64,000 nt of DNA from Deltaproteobacteria bacterium (GTDB lineage Bacteria > Desulfobacterota_D > UBA1144 > Nemesobacterales > CSP1-2). Position 1 is the first letter of the stretch, and each line of letters opens with the position of its first letter. The stretch covers positions 288,001 through 352,000 of the forward strand of contig JBQTHB010000005.1 of the NCBI GenBank assembly GCA_052390235.1. Reading direction: 5' to 3'. Shown in pieces: positions 20,962 through 31,254 of the stretch. Position numbers and translations under genes: made by a program. The notes beneath the pieces were generated by a model. It searched no databases. It worked only from the letters and a program-made list of their open reading frames with translations, and was not told the DNA's origin.

Positions 20962-22608
20962 CTACATTGCCGCCTTCCCGTATTTTTGAATTGGCGCAGG
21001 CACAAACCACTGAAGCTGATCCAGCCCAAGGGGGTAAATCTCAACCCTCTGGAATCTCTTGTGGAGCGCGACCGTGGATTTGCGGCAGAAAAGGAACGTA
21101 TAGGGCTGTTCCTCGTGGACGATGCGCGCAAATTCCCTGTACAGGGCGCGTCTTTTCTCTCGGTCAAATTCCGTCCTCGCCCTCTCAATGAGAGCGTCGG
21201 CTTGCGAATTGCGAAATCCTACGACATTCGAGCCGCTAACTGCTTGGGATGAGTGCCATACCTGGTAGGGGTCTGACTCCACGCCCATTGACCAGGCGAG
21301 GGTAACGGCATCGAATTTGCGCTCGTCTAGCTGTTTGGTGAACACGGCCCACTCAATTTTTCTAATCTGCATTCGGATGCCGACTTTTTCCAACTCTTCT
21401 TTTAGGATGGTCGAGATTTGCTCGCCCGTGATGGAGCCGCTGGGGATGAGAAACTCGAATTCAAATTTTGCCCCGTCCTTGTCCCTGACGCCGTCTCCAT
21501 CGTGGTCGCTCCACCCGGCTTCGTCTAGGAGCGCCTTTGCCCTCTGCGGGTCATAGGGGTAGGCCTCGATGGACGGGTCGTATTCGGGGCTATTGATGTA
21601 AAAGGGGTTTGTTACGACCTCGCCCAGGTTGTAGAGGATTTTCTCTAGGATGAGCCTTCTGTTCACCAGGTGCGTCATCGCCGTCCTAGCGCGCTTATCA
21701 GAGAAATAGGGTCTTTCGGCGTTCCAACCAATCCAGCTATAGTTGGGAGTGAAGTAGCTGAGTTTATTGAAATTTCTCTCGAATTTAACCGACGCCGTCT
21801 GCCTGAACCACTGTATCGCCGTAAGCCCGGTGAGGTCTAGCTCTTCTCGCTTCAGCACCTGCAGGGCGACCGTGGGGTCTGAGACGAGCCTGAAGACAAT
21901 TCTCTTAATAAACGGCTTTTCGCCCCAGTAATCTGCGTTTCTCTCAAGCGCAATCTCCTCGCCCGTAGCCCACTTGAGGAATTTATAGGGCCCCGTGCCA
22001 ACGGGCGCTCTCCCCGCCGGATTGGTATTGAAATCGCCATCTTGAAATACGTGCTTTGCCACAAGGGGCATACCGCCGCAAAATTCAAGCGCGAGAAAAT
22101 AGGGGGTGGCGTAGGTGAAGCGCACTGTGTATTTATCGAGGGCTTCGACCTTCCTGATGTCCTTGTAGTAGCCTCGAAGGTGAGGGGCGTCAACTGCGGG
22201 GTCGGTTATTTTCTGATACGAGAAAACCACGTCCTCAGCCGTAAAGGGCGCGCCGTCGTGCCACATTACCCCTTTTTTGAGGCGAAAGGTGAAAACGAGC
22301 TTATCCGCCGAAATCTCCCACGAGTCCGCGAGAAGGGGCGTAATCTGTAGAGTTTTCGGGTCTCGGCGCACGAGCGTTTCATAGATATTGCCGCTGTTGA
22401 CGGTTGACTCGTATGCGTCCGTAGCCGTGATGGGGTTTAAATTCCCCGGCTCCGCGCTGAGGTTATAGATGAGCCAGTCCCCTTCGGCGGGCGCGTAATT
22501 GGAGTATTTGGCGTAATTATCCTCCGAGGGCGGAGAATCCCCATCCGATTTACATGAAACCGCAAACGGCACAAGCGCGGCGCTGAGGGCTATAATTAAA
22601 TACTTCAT
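20962..22608 (-). CDS. oppA: Peptide ABC transporter substrate-binding lipoprotein (family 5)
   Basis: Lipobox-like AVSC, LADSWEIS...WHDGAPFTAEDVVFS, PVGTGPY. Confidence 0.9.
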   Translation of the reverse strand: MKYLIIALSAALVPFAVSCKSDGDSPPSEDNYAKYSNYAPAEGDWLIYNLSAEPGNLNPITATDAYESTVNSGNIYETLVRRDPKTLQITPLLADSWEISADKLVFTFRLKKGVMWHDGAPFTAEDVVFSYQKITDPAVDAPHLRGYYKDIRKVEALDKYTVRFTYATPYFLALEFCGGMPLVAKHVFQDGDFNTNPAGRAPVGTGPYKFLKWATGEEIALERNADYWGEKPFIKRIVFRLVSDPTVALQVLKREELDLTGLTAIQWFRQTASVKFERNFNKLSYFTPNYSWIGWNAERPYFSDKRARTAMTHLVNRRLILEKILYNLGEVVTNPFYINSPEYDPSIEAYPYDPQRAKALLDEAGWSDHDGDGVRDKDGAKFEFEFLIPSGSITGEQISTILKEELEKVGIRMQIRKIEWAVFTKQLDERKFDAVTLAWSMGVESDPYQVWHSSQAVSGSNVVGFRNSQADALIERARTEFDREKRRALYREFARIVHEEQPYTFLFCRKSTVALHKRFQRVEIYPLGLDQLQWFVPAPIQKYGKAAM

Positions 22609-22623
22609 CGTCTCCGGGGCGGT

Positions 22624-23379
22624 TTAGCCGTTTTTCGTGCCTTGGTTCATAAACGGTTTCAGTATGTCTATGGGTATCGGGAAAACAATGGTCGAGTTCT
22701 TTTCGGACGACACCTCGGTGAGCGTCTGAAGATAGCGGAGCTGGAGCGACATCGGGTTTCGAGAGAGAATATCGGATGCCTCGGCGAGTTTCGTAGCCGC
22801 CTGAAATTCCCCTTCGGCGTTGATGACCTTTGCCCTTCTCTCCCTTTCGGCTTCGGCTTGGCGAGCCATGGCGCGTTGCATCTCCTGGGGGAGGTCAACG
22901 AATTTTATCTCTACCAGCGACACTTTAATTCCCCATGAGTCCGTGTGCTTATCCAGCACCTCTTGGATTTGGAGGTTTAATTTATCCCTCTCCGAGAGCA
23001 AGTCGTCGAGTTCGACCTGTCCGAGGATGCTCCGCAGGGTCGTCTGAGAGAGCTGAGAGGTCGCATATAGGTAGTTCTCGACCTGAACCACGGCTTTTAC
23101 CGGGTCAACCACGCGGAAATAGACGACGGCGTTTACCTTGACCGATACGTTGTCCTTGGTGATGACGTCCTGCGGGGGAACGTCCATGGTGATGAGCCTG
23201 AGTCCGATTTTTATCATCTTATCAATGCCGGGGATGATAAATCGCACTCCAGGGCCCTTGGCGTCAATTATCCGTCCAAGCCTGAAGACTACCCCTCTTT
23301 CATACTCGTTGAGTATCTTGATTCCTGACAGGATAAAAAACACGATGAATCCTAAAAATACAATAATAGGTGTTGACAT
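22624..23379 (-). CDS. Stomatin/slipin (SPFH domain) protein
   Basis: [49 protein letters not shown]. Confidence 0.95.
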   Translation of the reverse strand: MSTPIIVFLGFIVFFILSGIKILNEYERGVVFRLGRIIDAKGPGVRFIIPGIDKMIKIGLRLITMDVPPQDVITKDNVSVKVNAVVYFRVVDPVKAVVQVENYLYATSQLSQTTLRSILGQVELDDLLSERDKLNLQIQEVLDKHTDSWGIKVSLVEIKFVDLPQEMQRAMARQAEAERERRAKVINAEGEFQAATKLAEASDILSRNPMSLQLRYLQTLTEVSSEKNSTIVFPIPIDILKPFMNQGTKNG

Positions 23380-23393
23380 ATCCGGGTTACCTC

Positions 23394-24752
23394 CTAGATT
23401 TTTGCTACTTTCAGCGTGAAATTCTTTTTTATCTCGATGACCCTGACCTTATCCCCTTTGGCGACGGCGTCCTCGCTCTGGGCATTCCAATACTCGCCGT
23501 GAATGAAAATTTTGCCGCTCCCCCCTTTGTCCATGTCCGTAACGGCGACCCCCTCTTCTGCCCCGCCCAATAGCCCGTCGTAGCCGACATCGGACGTGGA
23601 GCGCTGGGATTTGAGCAGATAATATCCGACAAAAAAGAAAAATAGCCCTATCGCCGAGGCGGCGGCAATCACGGTGCCGTATCCGACCCTCACGTCCGAC
23701 CCAGGCGCGTCAAATAGCAGGAGCGCTCCCAAAATGAAGCTGATTATCCCGCCTATGCCCAGCACACCGAAGCTCGTAACATAAATCTCCGCTATGAGGA
23801 GCAAGACCGAAAGCCCCAGTAGCGCAAGCCCGGCGTAGTTAAACGGCAGGATTTGAAGCGATACCATCCCCAGAAGGAGCGATATTGCCCCTGCGACGCC
23901 GGGGAAAATTAGCCCCGGATTATAGAACTCAATGAGAAGCCCGAGCGAACCCAAAGAGAGCAGCAGAAAGGCGATGTCCGGAGTGCTGAGGGCGTCAATT
24001 AATTTTTCCTTGAAATTCATCTCCAGCCGCTCGATGGAAGATCCCGCCGTACGGAGGGTTTGCACTCCCGTGGGAAGCTCAATCTCGCGCCCGTCAATGT
24101 CGTTGAGAAGGACATCGAGGCTAGGCGAAATCATATCAATTACGTTGATTCTCAGGGCTTCGGTAGCCGTGATGGACGCGCTCTGCCTTACGGCTTCAAT
24201 AGCCCACTTAGTGTTTCTCTTTCTCTTCTCGGCGATACTCTCGATAAAGGACGATGCGAAGTTTTCGATTTTCTCGTCGTATTTCTCGTCTCCTCCTCCG
24301 CCGCCGGTTTCGGAGTCATCGTCTGCCTTTTTGCCTCCGCCCCCCGGGCCAAGCGACACCGGATGCGCCGCGCCGATGCTTGTTCCCTCAGCCATTGCGG
24401 CGACGTGAGCCGAAAGGGTTATGAATACGCCCGCCGATGTTGCCGTCGCGCCGCTCGGAGAGACGTAAATTATGACCGGCACTCGGGCGTTGAGGATGGA
24501 CTGAACTATGTCCTGAGTCGAGGTGAGAAGCCCTCCCGGTGTGTCGAGCAGAATGACGAGCGCCTCGGCTTCGGAGTTTTCGGCTCGCTCCAATCCTTTC
24601 TTGACGTAGTCAACAGTGGCGGGATTGATAGTTCCATTTATCTCGATGAGGACGGTCATTGCCGCCGCATCCGCTTTGGAGAGGGCTTCAGAAAGGGCGA
24701 TTCCGCAAATGAAGGCTAGGGCGTAAATGAGAGTAAAAACCTTTATTTTCAT
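23394..24752 (-). CDS. nfeD: NfeD family membrane serine protease (stomatin operon partner)
   Basis: LDTPGG, ATSAG, IGAAHPV ClpP-like domain, transmembrane region, C-terminal GEYWNA OB-fold. Confidence 0.93.
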   Translation of the reverse strand: MKIKVFTLIYALAFICGIALSEALSKADAAAMTVLIEINGTINPATVDYVKKGLERAENSEAEALVILLDTPGGLLTSTQDIVQSILNARVPVIIYVSPSGATATSAGVFITLSAHVAAMAEGTSIGAAHPVSLGPGGGGKKADDDSETGGGGGDEKYDEKIENFASSFIESIAEKRKRNTKWAIEAVRQSASITATEALRINVIDMISPSLDVLLNDIDGREIELPTGVQTLRTAGSSIERLEMNFKEKLIDALSTPDIAFLLLSLGSLGLLIEFYNPGLIFPGVAGAISLLLGMVSLQILPFNYAGLALLGLSVLLLIAEIYVTSFGVLGIGGIISFILGALLLFDAPGSDVRVGYGTVIAAASAIGLFFFFVGYYLLKSQRSTSDVGYDGLLGGAEEGVAVTDMDKGGSGKIFIHGEYWNAQSEDAVAKGDKVRVIEIKKNFTLKVAKI

Positions 24753-24858
24753 GCTGGAGGTATTGTAGCTATAGGGACTTGAAACTGCAAGAAATTTAGG
24801 CGCGCCGAATAATTCCCGCAAATCTTGTATTTTTCACGCTTACTATTATAATTTCGTC

Positions 24859-25497
24859 ATGCCGCCAAAGGTAGTCATCACTAAAGAAGAGCTTAAAAAA
24901 CCGGATAAATTCAGGGAAGCAGTCCTAAAAGCCATAGTCTTCGGGCAGGAGCATTCAAGCAAGATTCTCCTCGGCTTCGGGGGCGCTTTTCTACTGCTCA
25001 TAGGGGCGTTTGTCTTTGTAGGCTCTTCCGTAGAGGGCGATATCGAAGCCAACGCCAGATTTAACGAGGCGTTAGCCGTTTACGGCGGTGAAAATCCAGG
25101 GGATGCCCTCGCCAAGTTTGTCGCGCTTAAAGAGGAGTATCCCAAAACCCCGGTTTCAAATCTCGCCCTCTACTACGCCGCCGACATTAGCTACTCCGAG
25201 GGCAAGTACACCGACGCCATATCGTTTATCAATCAATTCCTCGGCGGCGGAGTTACAGATGAAACCCTCTCCGGCGCGGCGAATCTCCTGCTAGGGCTGT
25301 CGTTTTTCAATCAAGGCAAATGGCAGGAAGCCCTAGATTCCCTCTCCAAGCTCGAAGCGGCGAGTACTCCTTACGCAAGCCAAGCTAAGCTCCACATGGG
25401 ACTCGCCCTTGAGAAGCTCGGCAGAACGGAGGAGGCCGATAAGATTTATCGGGAAATCTTAAATCCGAACGCCGCCCAGCCGAAGCTCGAATTTTAA
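24859..25497 (+). CDS. Membrane-anchored tetratricopeptide-repeat protein (YfgM-like)
   Basis: ELKKPDKF N-terminus, one transmembrane helix, TPR-like A/L/Y/G patterns. Confidence 0.75.
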   Translation: MPPKVVITKEELKKPDKFREAVLKAIVFGQEHSSKILLGFGGAFLLLIGAFVFVGSSVEGDIEANARFNEALAVYGGENPGDALAKFVALKEEYPKTPVSNLALYYAADISYSEGKYTDAISFINQFLGGGVTDETLSGAANLLLGLSFFNQGKWQEALDSLSKLEAASTPYASQAKLHMGLALEKLGRTEEADKIYREILNPNAAQPKLEF

Positions 25498-25573
25498 AGA
25501 GCCGCCCATCTCCGATATTATAATTAACCAACGCTCTTCGGCAGTTTATGTTTAACCCCAGGAGGTGTAGGCG

Positions 25574-25933
25574 ATGTTTACTCTCGGCTCAATTTTGATA
25601 GGATTGGCGGGGGGGCTTGCAAGCGGCTTTTTCGGTATTGGAGGCGGGCTGGTGATGGTGCCGGCAATGGTCTATCTATTTCAGCTCACGCAGCATCAGG
25701 CCCAAGGCACATCCCTTGCCGTTCTCACTGCGCCCGTGGTTATTCTCGGCGCAATGAAATACTACAGAGAGGGCAATTCAAACGTTCAAATGGCGCTTCT
25801 CATCGCTCCGAGCTTCATAGTGGGGGCGTATATTGGGGCGACTTTAGTGCATCAGCTCTCGGACCCGACGCTAAAGAAAATATTTGGCTTCGTGCTTCTC
25901 TTCGTATCCATCAGAATGATTCTTGGCAGGTAA
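25574..25933 (+). CDS. Half-size TauE/SafE (TSUP) family permease
   Basis: SGFFGIGGG and AQGTSL motifs; about 4 transmembrane helices; AGGAGGT RBS. Confidence 0.85.
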   Translation: MFTLGSILIGLAGGLASGFFGIGGGLVMVPAMVYLFQLTQHQAQGTSLAVLTAPVVILGAMKYYREGNSNVQMALLIAPSFIVGAYIGATLVHQLSDPTLKKIFGFVLLFVSIRMILGR

Positions 25934-25983
25934 ATTCAGTTTTTAGTTTTAGTCTAGGCGCTCGAATCCGGTGAACCGCGAAA

Positions 25984-27054
25984 TTATTTTGCCGGCTGTT
26001 CGCGCGTCAGGCAATGCAGGGCGCCGAGCCCCCATACCAGGTCAACCGCATGAATCCCCACGACTTGGCGATTCCTAAAAATCTCCCCTAAAATCCCTAG
26101 GGCTTCTCTGTCGCTGGGGTCATTGAACGTCGGCACAAGCACGGCGTTGTTCGAGATATAAAAATTGGCGTAGCTTGCCGGAAGCCTCTGCCCGTTGAAG
26201 TAAAGCGGCTCAGGCATGGGAAGCTCTATGACCTCAATTTTCCCTCCATCCTCAAGCCGCATATCTTCGAGTCTTTCCCGGTTCTCTCGAAGCGGACGGT
26301 AATTTGCGTCGTGCGGATTTTCCTCTCGGCAAAGCGCTACGGTCGTTGCGTTGACAAACCTGCATAAATCGTCCACGTGCCCGTGGGTATCGTCTCCGGC
26401 AATCCCTCTGCCTAGCCAAAGGACGTTTGCCGCGCCTAGGTAATCCCGGAGCGCTCGCTCGATTTCTAGCTTCCCAAGCCCCGGATTGCGGACTTGAATT
26501 TTATCGTCTAACAGACACTCCTCGGTCGTGATGAGAGCGCCACGCCCGTTTACGTCAATTGCGCCGCCTTCGAGAACAATCGCTCTGCCGTGAACCTGCG
26601 GGCGAAAGACTTGAATACCCAGAGAGTTTGCGGCTTTCTCGTGGATTTGTGCGTCTTTGTCCCAGTCGTCGTACTTAGCCCATGCGTTGAAACGGAATCC
26701 GGCGACGGCTATATCCGACGATTTTTTTATGAATATGGGACCGAAATCCCGCGTCCAGCCCCGGTTGGTGCGAAACCGGAAGAACCGCACCTTTGATAAA
26801 TCCACTCCGGCGCGGGCAAGGTGGCGGCGCGCCTGCCCCTCGTGCGCCTCCGAGTTTACGAGAATCCGCACTAACTCTTCGGGGGCGATTTTCCTTGCCA
26901 TCTCGCCGTAAACCCACGCTATCGGGGTGAATTTCCCGGGCCAATCGCTTTTATTATGGGGCCAGCCAAGCCAAGTAGCCTCGTGCCGCTCCCACTCGGC
27001 GGGCATACGGTATCCAAGCTCGCGAGGGGTTTTATTAGGGGCTATTTTGTCCAT
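25984..27054 (-). CDS. aguA: Agmatine deiminase / peptidylarginine deiminase family
   Basis: MPAEWE, WTRDFGP, LEGG, DDTHGHVD, ASYANF, GALHCLT. Confidence 0.93.
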   Translation of the reverse strand: MDKIAPNKTPRELGYRMPAEWERHEATWLGWPHNKSDWPGKFTPIAWVYGEMARKIAPEELVRILVNSEAHEGQARRHLARAGVDLSKVRFFRFRTNRGWTRDFGPIFIKKSSDIAVAGFRFNAWAKYDDWDKDAQIHEKAANSLGIQVFRPQVHGRAIVLEGGAIDVNGRGALITTEECLLDDKIQVRNPGLGKLEIERALRDYLGAANVLWLGRGIAGDDTHGHVDDLCRFVNATTVALCREENPHDANYRPLRENRERLEDMRLEDGGKIEVIELPMPEPLYFNGQRLPASYANFYISNNAVLVPTFNDPSDREALGILGEIFRNRQVVGIHAVDLVWGLGALHCLTREQPAK

Positions 27055-27950
27055 TTGGGCTTATCCAAAAAGCGGCGGGTGATGTCTCCGTAGGCGTCAA
27101 TCCTGCGGTCTCTGAGAAAGGGCCAGTTGCGCCTCACATCCTCAATCCTCGCCTCATCAATTTCGGCCACTAGTATCTGTTCCCCATCCCTCGAAGCCTC
27201 GGCGATGATGACTCCCTGCGGGTCGGCAATGAATGACGCCCCCCAGAATTCTATCCCGGACCTCTCGCCCGCGCCAGACTCCTCGAAGCCGACTCTGTTT
27301 ACCGATGCAATATAAACCCCGTTTGCGATGGCGTGGCTCCGCTGAATCGTCCGCCATGCCTCAATTTGAGCCTCGCCGCACTGCGCCTTTTCGTGGGGAT
27401 GCCAGCCAATGGCGGTCGGATAGAAAATAACCGAAGCCCCGCGCATAGCCACGAGCCTCGCCGCTTCGGGATACCACTGATCCCAGCAGATGAGCGTTCC
27501 GATGCGCCCGAATTCGGTGTCGAAAGCCTCGAAGCCGAGGTCTCCGGGGGTGAAATAGAATTTCTCGTAATAAGACGGGTCGTCGGGGATGTGCATTTTT
27601 CTATAAAGCCCGGCAATCTCTCCACGCGTGTCAATTATGGCGGCGCTGTTGTGATAGACCCCAGCCGCGCGTCTCTCGAACACGGGGGCGACGATTGAAA
27701 TTCTCTCCGAGCGCGCCATTTTCCCTAGAGCCTCGGTGGTTTTTCCAGGGACGGCTTCGGCGAGGTCGAAAAAGGCGGCCTCTTCCCTTTGACAGAAATA
27801 TCGCGAGAGAAAAAGCTCTGGCAGGCATACGACCTTTGCCCCGCGCGCCGCCGCCTCGGCAGTGAAGTGTAAGGCTTTTGCGAGGTTTTCCGCGGAATTT
27901 GCCGAGCAGGACATCTGCACGAGGGCTGCGGTGAATCCGGCGTTTTTCAT
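27042..27950 (-). CDS. aguB: N-carbamoylputrescine amidase (carbon-nitrogen hydrolase)
   Basis: LPELF, YRKMHIPDDPSYYEKFYF, ICWDQWYPE catalytic triad; overlaps aguA. Confidence 0.92.
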   Translation of the reverse strand: MKNAGFTAALVQMSCSANSAENLAKALHFTAEAAARGAKVVCLPELFLSRYFCQREEAAFFDLAEAVPGKTTEALGKMARSERISIVAPVFERRAAGVYHNSAAIIDTRGEIAGLYRKMHIPDDPSYYEKFYFTPGDLGFEAFDTEFGRIGTLICWDQWYPEAARLVAMRGASVIFYPTAIGWHPHEKAQCGEAQIEAWRTIQRSHAIANGVYIASVNRVGFEESGAGERSGIEFWGASFIADPQGVIIAEASRDGEQILVAEIDEARIEDVRRNWPFLRDRRIDAYGDITRRFLDKPKWTK

Positions 27951-28120
27951 AGACGCTAATTCTACACGATGCGCGATTTGGGATGCAAGATTGCCGGATG
28001 AATCCGGCGATAGCCACAAGAGATGAGTTATTGCCCGGTGGGTATTTCAGCGGGAATTGCCAATCCCCCTCGTTGCGAATAGAATTAATTCTATGTTTCA
28101 AAAGCGAGGAGAGCGTCAAA

Positions 28121-28363
28121 ATGTATATGCCAGGAGCGAGAATTGAGGTGAAGCTTGGGATTAGGCTCGGAGACGAGGAATTCCCCGTCGGTCTCGGAGG
28201 GACGATTCAAGGCGGCATCGAGAAGATGGTCGGCAAGGCGTACAAAGTGAAATTCGACGACGGCAGGCTCGCCGATATTCACATTACTACGATGAACAAC
28301 AATATGTATATTTTCACTGAATCGGGCGAGAGGATTGACCCCAAAAGCCTCTGGAAGAGATGA
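28121..28363 (+). CDS. Hypothetical 80-aa beta-rich protein
   Basis: GAGGAG RBS before ATG 28121; TTGCCA-N16-TAGAAT upstream; fills the intergenic space. Confidence 0.7.
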   Translation: MYMPGARIEVKLGIRLGDEEFPVGLGGTIQGGIEKMVGKAYKVKFDDGRLADIHITTMNNNMYIFTESGERIDPKSLWKR

Positions 28364-28403
28364 CGGCTCAGGGCAGTGCGCCTATAGTTCTTAGCAAGTG
28401 CGT

Positions 28404-28432
28404 TTGTATAAATTTTATTTTATAGGTATTAT
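28404..28432 (+). promoter_or_regulatory. Putative sigma70 promoter of the DEAD-box helicase
   Basis: TTGTAT-N17-TATTAT in an AT-rich stretch. Confidence 0.6.
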
Positions 28433-28608
28433 TAGTATCTGAGGTCTATATAAGTTTCCTAGAAGGTAAATGGTTTCTCGTTATCGGAGTAATATTTACT
28501 CCGCCTGTGTTTTGAAAACTTCAATTTACCCTCCGGGTGCAACAACTGAAAAGACTCTAAAAATCAAAAAGCGCGTCCCATTTAGAGGGCGCCCATAGGA
28601 GGTTTAAT

Positions 28609-29751
28609 TTGTTGAAGTTTGAAGATTTAAATTTATCACCGAGCATTACCAGAGTCATCAAGGATCTGGGCCTTACGACTCCCACTCCGATTCAGGAGCA
28701 GGCAATTCCCCACGCAATGGCGGGCAGTGACATTATCGGGCAGGCGCAGACGGGAACGGGAAAGACCTTCGCTTTCGGAATACCTATAGTTGAGAAAGTA
28801 ATTCCCTCTCAGAAAGTGGTTCAAGCCATTATTCTTACCCCTACAAGGGAGCTTGCGATTCAAGTGGCAAAGGAGCTTGAGAAAATCAGCAAGCACCGGC
28901 GCATATTCGTGCTTCCGGTCTATGGGGGACAGCCGATAATAAAACAGCTCACCCCGCTAAAGCGCGGCGTCCATATCGTAGTGGGAACGCCGGGCAGGGT
29001 GATTGACCATCTAAGACGCGGCACTCTGAGCCTCAAATCCGTCAATTTTACCGTTTTGGATGAAGCCGACCGTATGCTCGACATGGGATTTATTGACGAT
29101 ATGAAGTTTATCCTCGCCGAAATTCCGAAGACATCTCAGATAATGCTCTTCTCAGCTACGATTCCATCGGAAATCGCGTGGCTTGCGAGGCGGTATATGA
29201 AAGAGCCTATCGAAGTGAGAGTTTCCAAGGACGCGCTGGCGACCCCTCAAACGCGGCAGATGTACTGCGAGGTCAAGGAGTTCTATAAGCTCGATGTTCT
29301 GAGCAACCTGATTGAATCCGAAGGGAGCGGGATATTTCTCGTCTTCAGAAAGACTAAATCGGGGGTTGATGACCTCGTTGCCGCGCTAAGCAACAGGGGA
29401 TTTAACGCCCTTGGGCTTCATGGCGACTACACTCAGAGCAAGAGGGATAAGGTCATGCGGCTATTCAGACGCGGCCAGGTGGACATCCTCGTTGCAACGG
29501 ACGTCGCCGCCAGGGGGCTTGATGTTGACGGCATCACCCACGTAGTCAACTACGATATGCCGCAGGACGCCGAAAGCTACATCCACAGAATCGGCAGAAC
29601 CGGAAGAGCCGGTAAAGAAGGGGTTGCTGTTACTTTTGCAACATATTGGGAAAACAGCGAAATCAAGAAATTTCAATCCATCGCCAAGGTGAAAATCGAG
29701 AAAATTTCCATCCCCACTACGCGCTACGCATCGGCGGCAGTGAGGGCATAA
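28609..29751 (+). CDS. DEAD-box RNA helicase (core only)
   Basis: Q motif PTPIQ, AQTGTGKT, PTRELA, DEAD, SAT, ARGLD, HRIGRTGR; TTG start after AGGAGG. Confidence 0.96.
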   Translation: MLKFEDLNLSPSITRVIKDLGLTTPTPIQEQAIPHAMAGSDIIGQAQTGTGKTFAFGIPIVEKVIPSQKVVQAIILTPTRELAIQVAKELEKISKHRRIFVLPVYGGQPIIKQLTPLKRGVHIVVGTPGRVIDHLRRGTLSLKSVNFTVLDEADRMLDMGFIDDMKFILAEIPKTSQIMLFSATIPSEIAWLARRYMKEPIEVRVSKDALATPQTRQMYCEVKEFYKLDVLSNLIESEGSGIFLVFRKTKSGVDDLVAALSNRGFNALGLHGDYTQSKRDKVMRLFRRGQVDILVATDVAARGLDVDGITHVVNYDMPQDAESYIHRIGRTGRAGKEGVAVTFATYWENSEIKKFQSIAKVKIEKISIPTTRYASAAVRA

Positions 29752-30038
29752 ACGATACAATAATGGGGCGCGGCTCTTGCGAATATGAAGTGTCCGCGCT
29801 CATCTAACGCTGTAGCTACCCAGCAGATAAATACAAGAGGGCTAAATCGCTACCCTATCGAATTAGTCTATCGAGTCTGCCAAATCCCAGCCCGAAAGCA
29901 TTTTGCTTCCATAACAAAAAATTCTAGTTCTCTAACTACCCCAAAAATTAATGTCAATGCTCAGAGGATTGGGTAGAGATTGTCTCCCCCTACACTCGTT
30001 TGCGCCCTCTTGCCGCGGGTGATATGCTAATTCAGGCG

Positions 30039-31100
30039 ATGATAGTAGGAGTCCTGAGGGAGAGAAAAGTGCATGAATACAGAGTAGCCCTCACGCCTGA
30101 GGCGGTAGGGGCGCTTCGGTCTTCGGGGCATCGGGTTCTCATCGAGAGGGGCGCGGGCGCGGGATGTTCGATACCCGACGCCGATTTTGCCTCCTCAGGG
30201 GCAGAGATAGCCGACACAGCGGAGGAGCTATTTAAATCCTCAGACCTCATCGTAAAGGTAAAGGAACTTCAGTCCTCGGAATTCTCGCTTCTGCGCGAGG
30301 GAAAAACCCTATTTTCGTATCTGCATCTCGCCGCAAGCCCCGATTTTACCTCTGCCCTCATCCGAAGCGGCATCAGGGCTGTCGCGTTTGAGACCGTAGA
30401 GCTTTCAGATGGCTCACTCCCGCTTCTCCTGCCGATGAGCCGAATTGCGGGGAGGCTCTCCATTCAAGCCGGAGCGCATTACCTCGAAAAGCCTCAGGGC
30501 GGCAAGGGGGTACTCCTCGCAGGCTCTCCGGGTGTAAAGCCCGCAAAGGTGTTAATTGTTGGCGGAGGCGCTGTCGGCTACAACGCCGCTCTGTCGGCGC
30601 TGGGGCTGGGGGCTGAGGTCGTGGTCGTAGATAAGAGCATCAGGCGGCTCGATTTCTTCTATGAGCAGTTCGCGGGTAGAGTGAAAACCCTCCCCTCTTA
30701 CCCGGATGTGATTGGGGCGGAGATGACAAAAGCGGATTTAGCCATAGGGGCGGTTTTGGTAACTGGAGCCAAAGCCCCGCGCGTTATCACGAGAGGGATG
30801 ATTTCCCAAATGGAGAGTGGGTCAGTGTTTGCCGATGTTGCTATAGACCAGGGCGGATGCTCCGAGACGAGCCGCCCAACGGATCTCTCCTCGCCGGTTT
30901 ACGATGTTGATGGCGTGATTCACTACTGCGTAACCAACATCCCGTCGCTTGCGGCGAAGACTGCATCTTACGCCCTCTCGAATTCGATCCTGCCCTATGT
31001 TCTGAAGATTGCCGAAGGGGCTTGGGACGATAAACCGCTCGCCAAGGGTATAAATGTTGACCGCGGACGCCTGCTCATCAACCTCGGCGGCGATTCATGA
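30039..31100 (+). CDS. ald: Alanine dehydrogenase
   Basis: HEYRVALTP, VKVKE, YLHLAA, PMSRIAGR, GGGAVG, VAIDQGG, HYCVTNIP. Confidence 0.93.
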   Translation: MIVGVLRERKVHEYRVALTPEAVGALRSSGHRVLIERGAGAGCSIPDADFASSGAEIADTAEELFKSSDLIVKVKELQSSEFSLLREGKTLFSYLHLAASPDFTSALIRSGIRAVAFETVELSDGSLPLLLPMSRIAGRLSIQAGAHYLEKPQGGKGVLLAGSPGVKPAKVLIVGGGAVGYNAALSALGLGAEVVVVDKSIRRLDFFYEQFAGRVKTLPSYPDVIGAEMTKADLAIGAVLVTGAKAPRVITRGMISQMESGSVFADVAIDQGGCSETSRPTDLSSPVYDVDGVIHYCVTNIPSLAAKTASYALSNSILPYVLKIAEGAWDDKPLAKGINVDRGRLLINLGGDS

Positions 31101-31254
31101 TTCGCCGCGTGGGATTCAAGATACGGGATGAAATTTTGACCGCTCGCTCAATATGAAAATCCCGCATTAAGTCTCTATTGGCGTATTTAGGTAATTAAAG
31201 TTGCTATTCGCAAAAGTCTCGTCTGAGCCGAGATTCTGCAGGGAGGGTAGGGTC

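Noticed and set aside
29785..29976. 63-aa ORF between the helicase and ald
   Set aside because: No clear RBS and no protein-like features; cannot be supported
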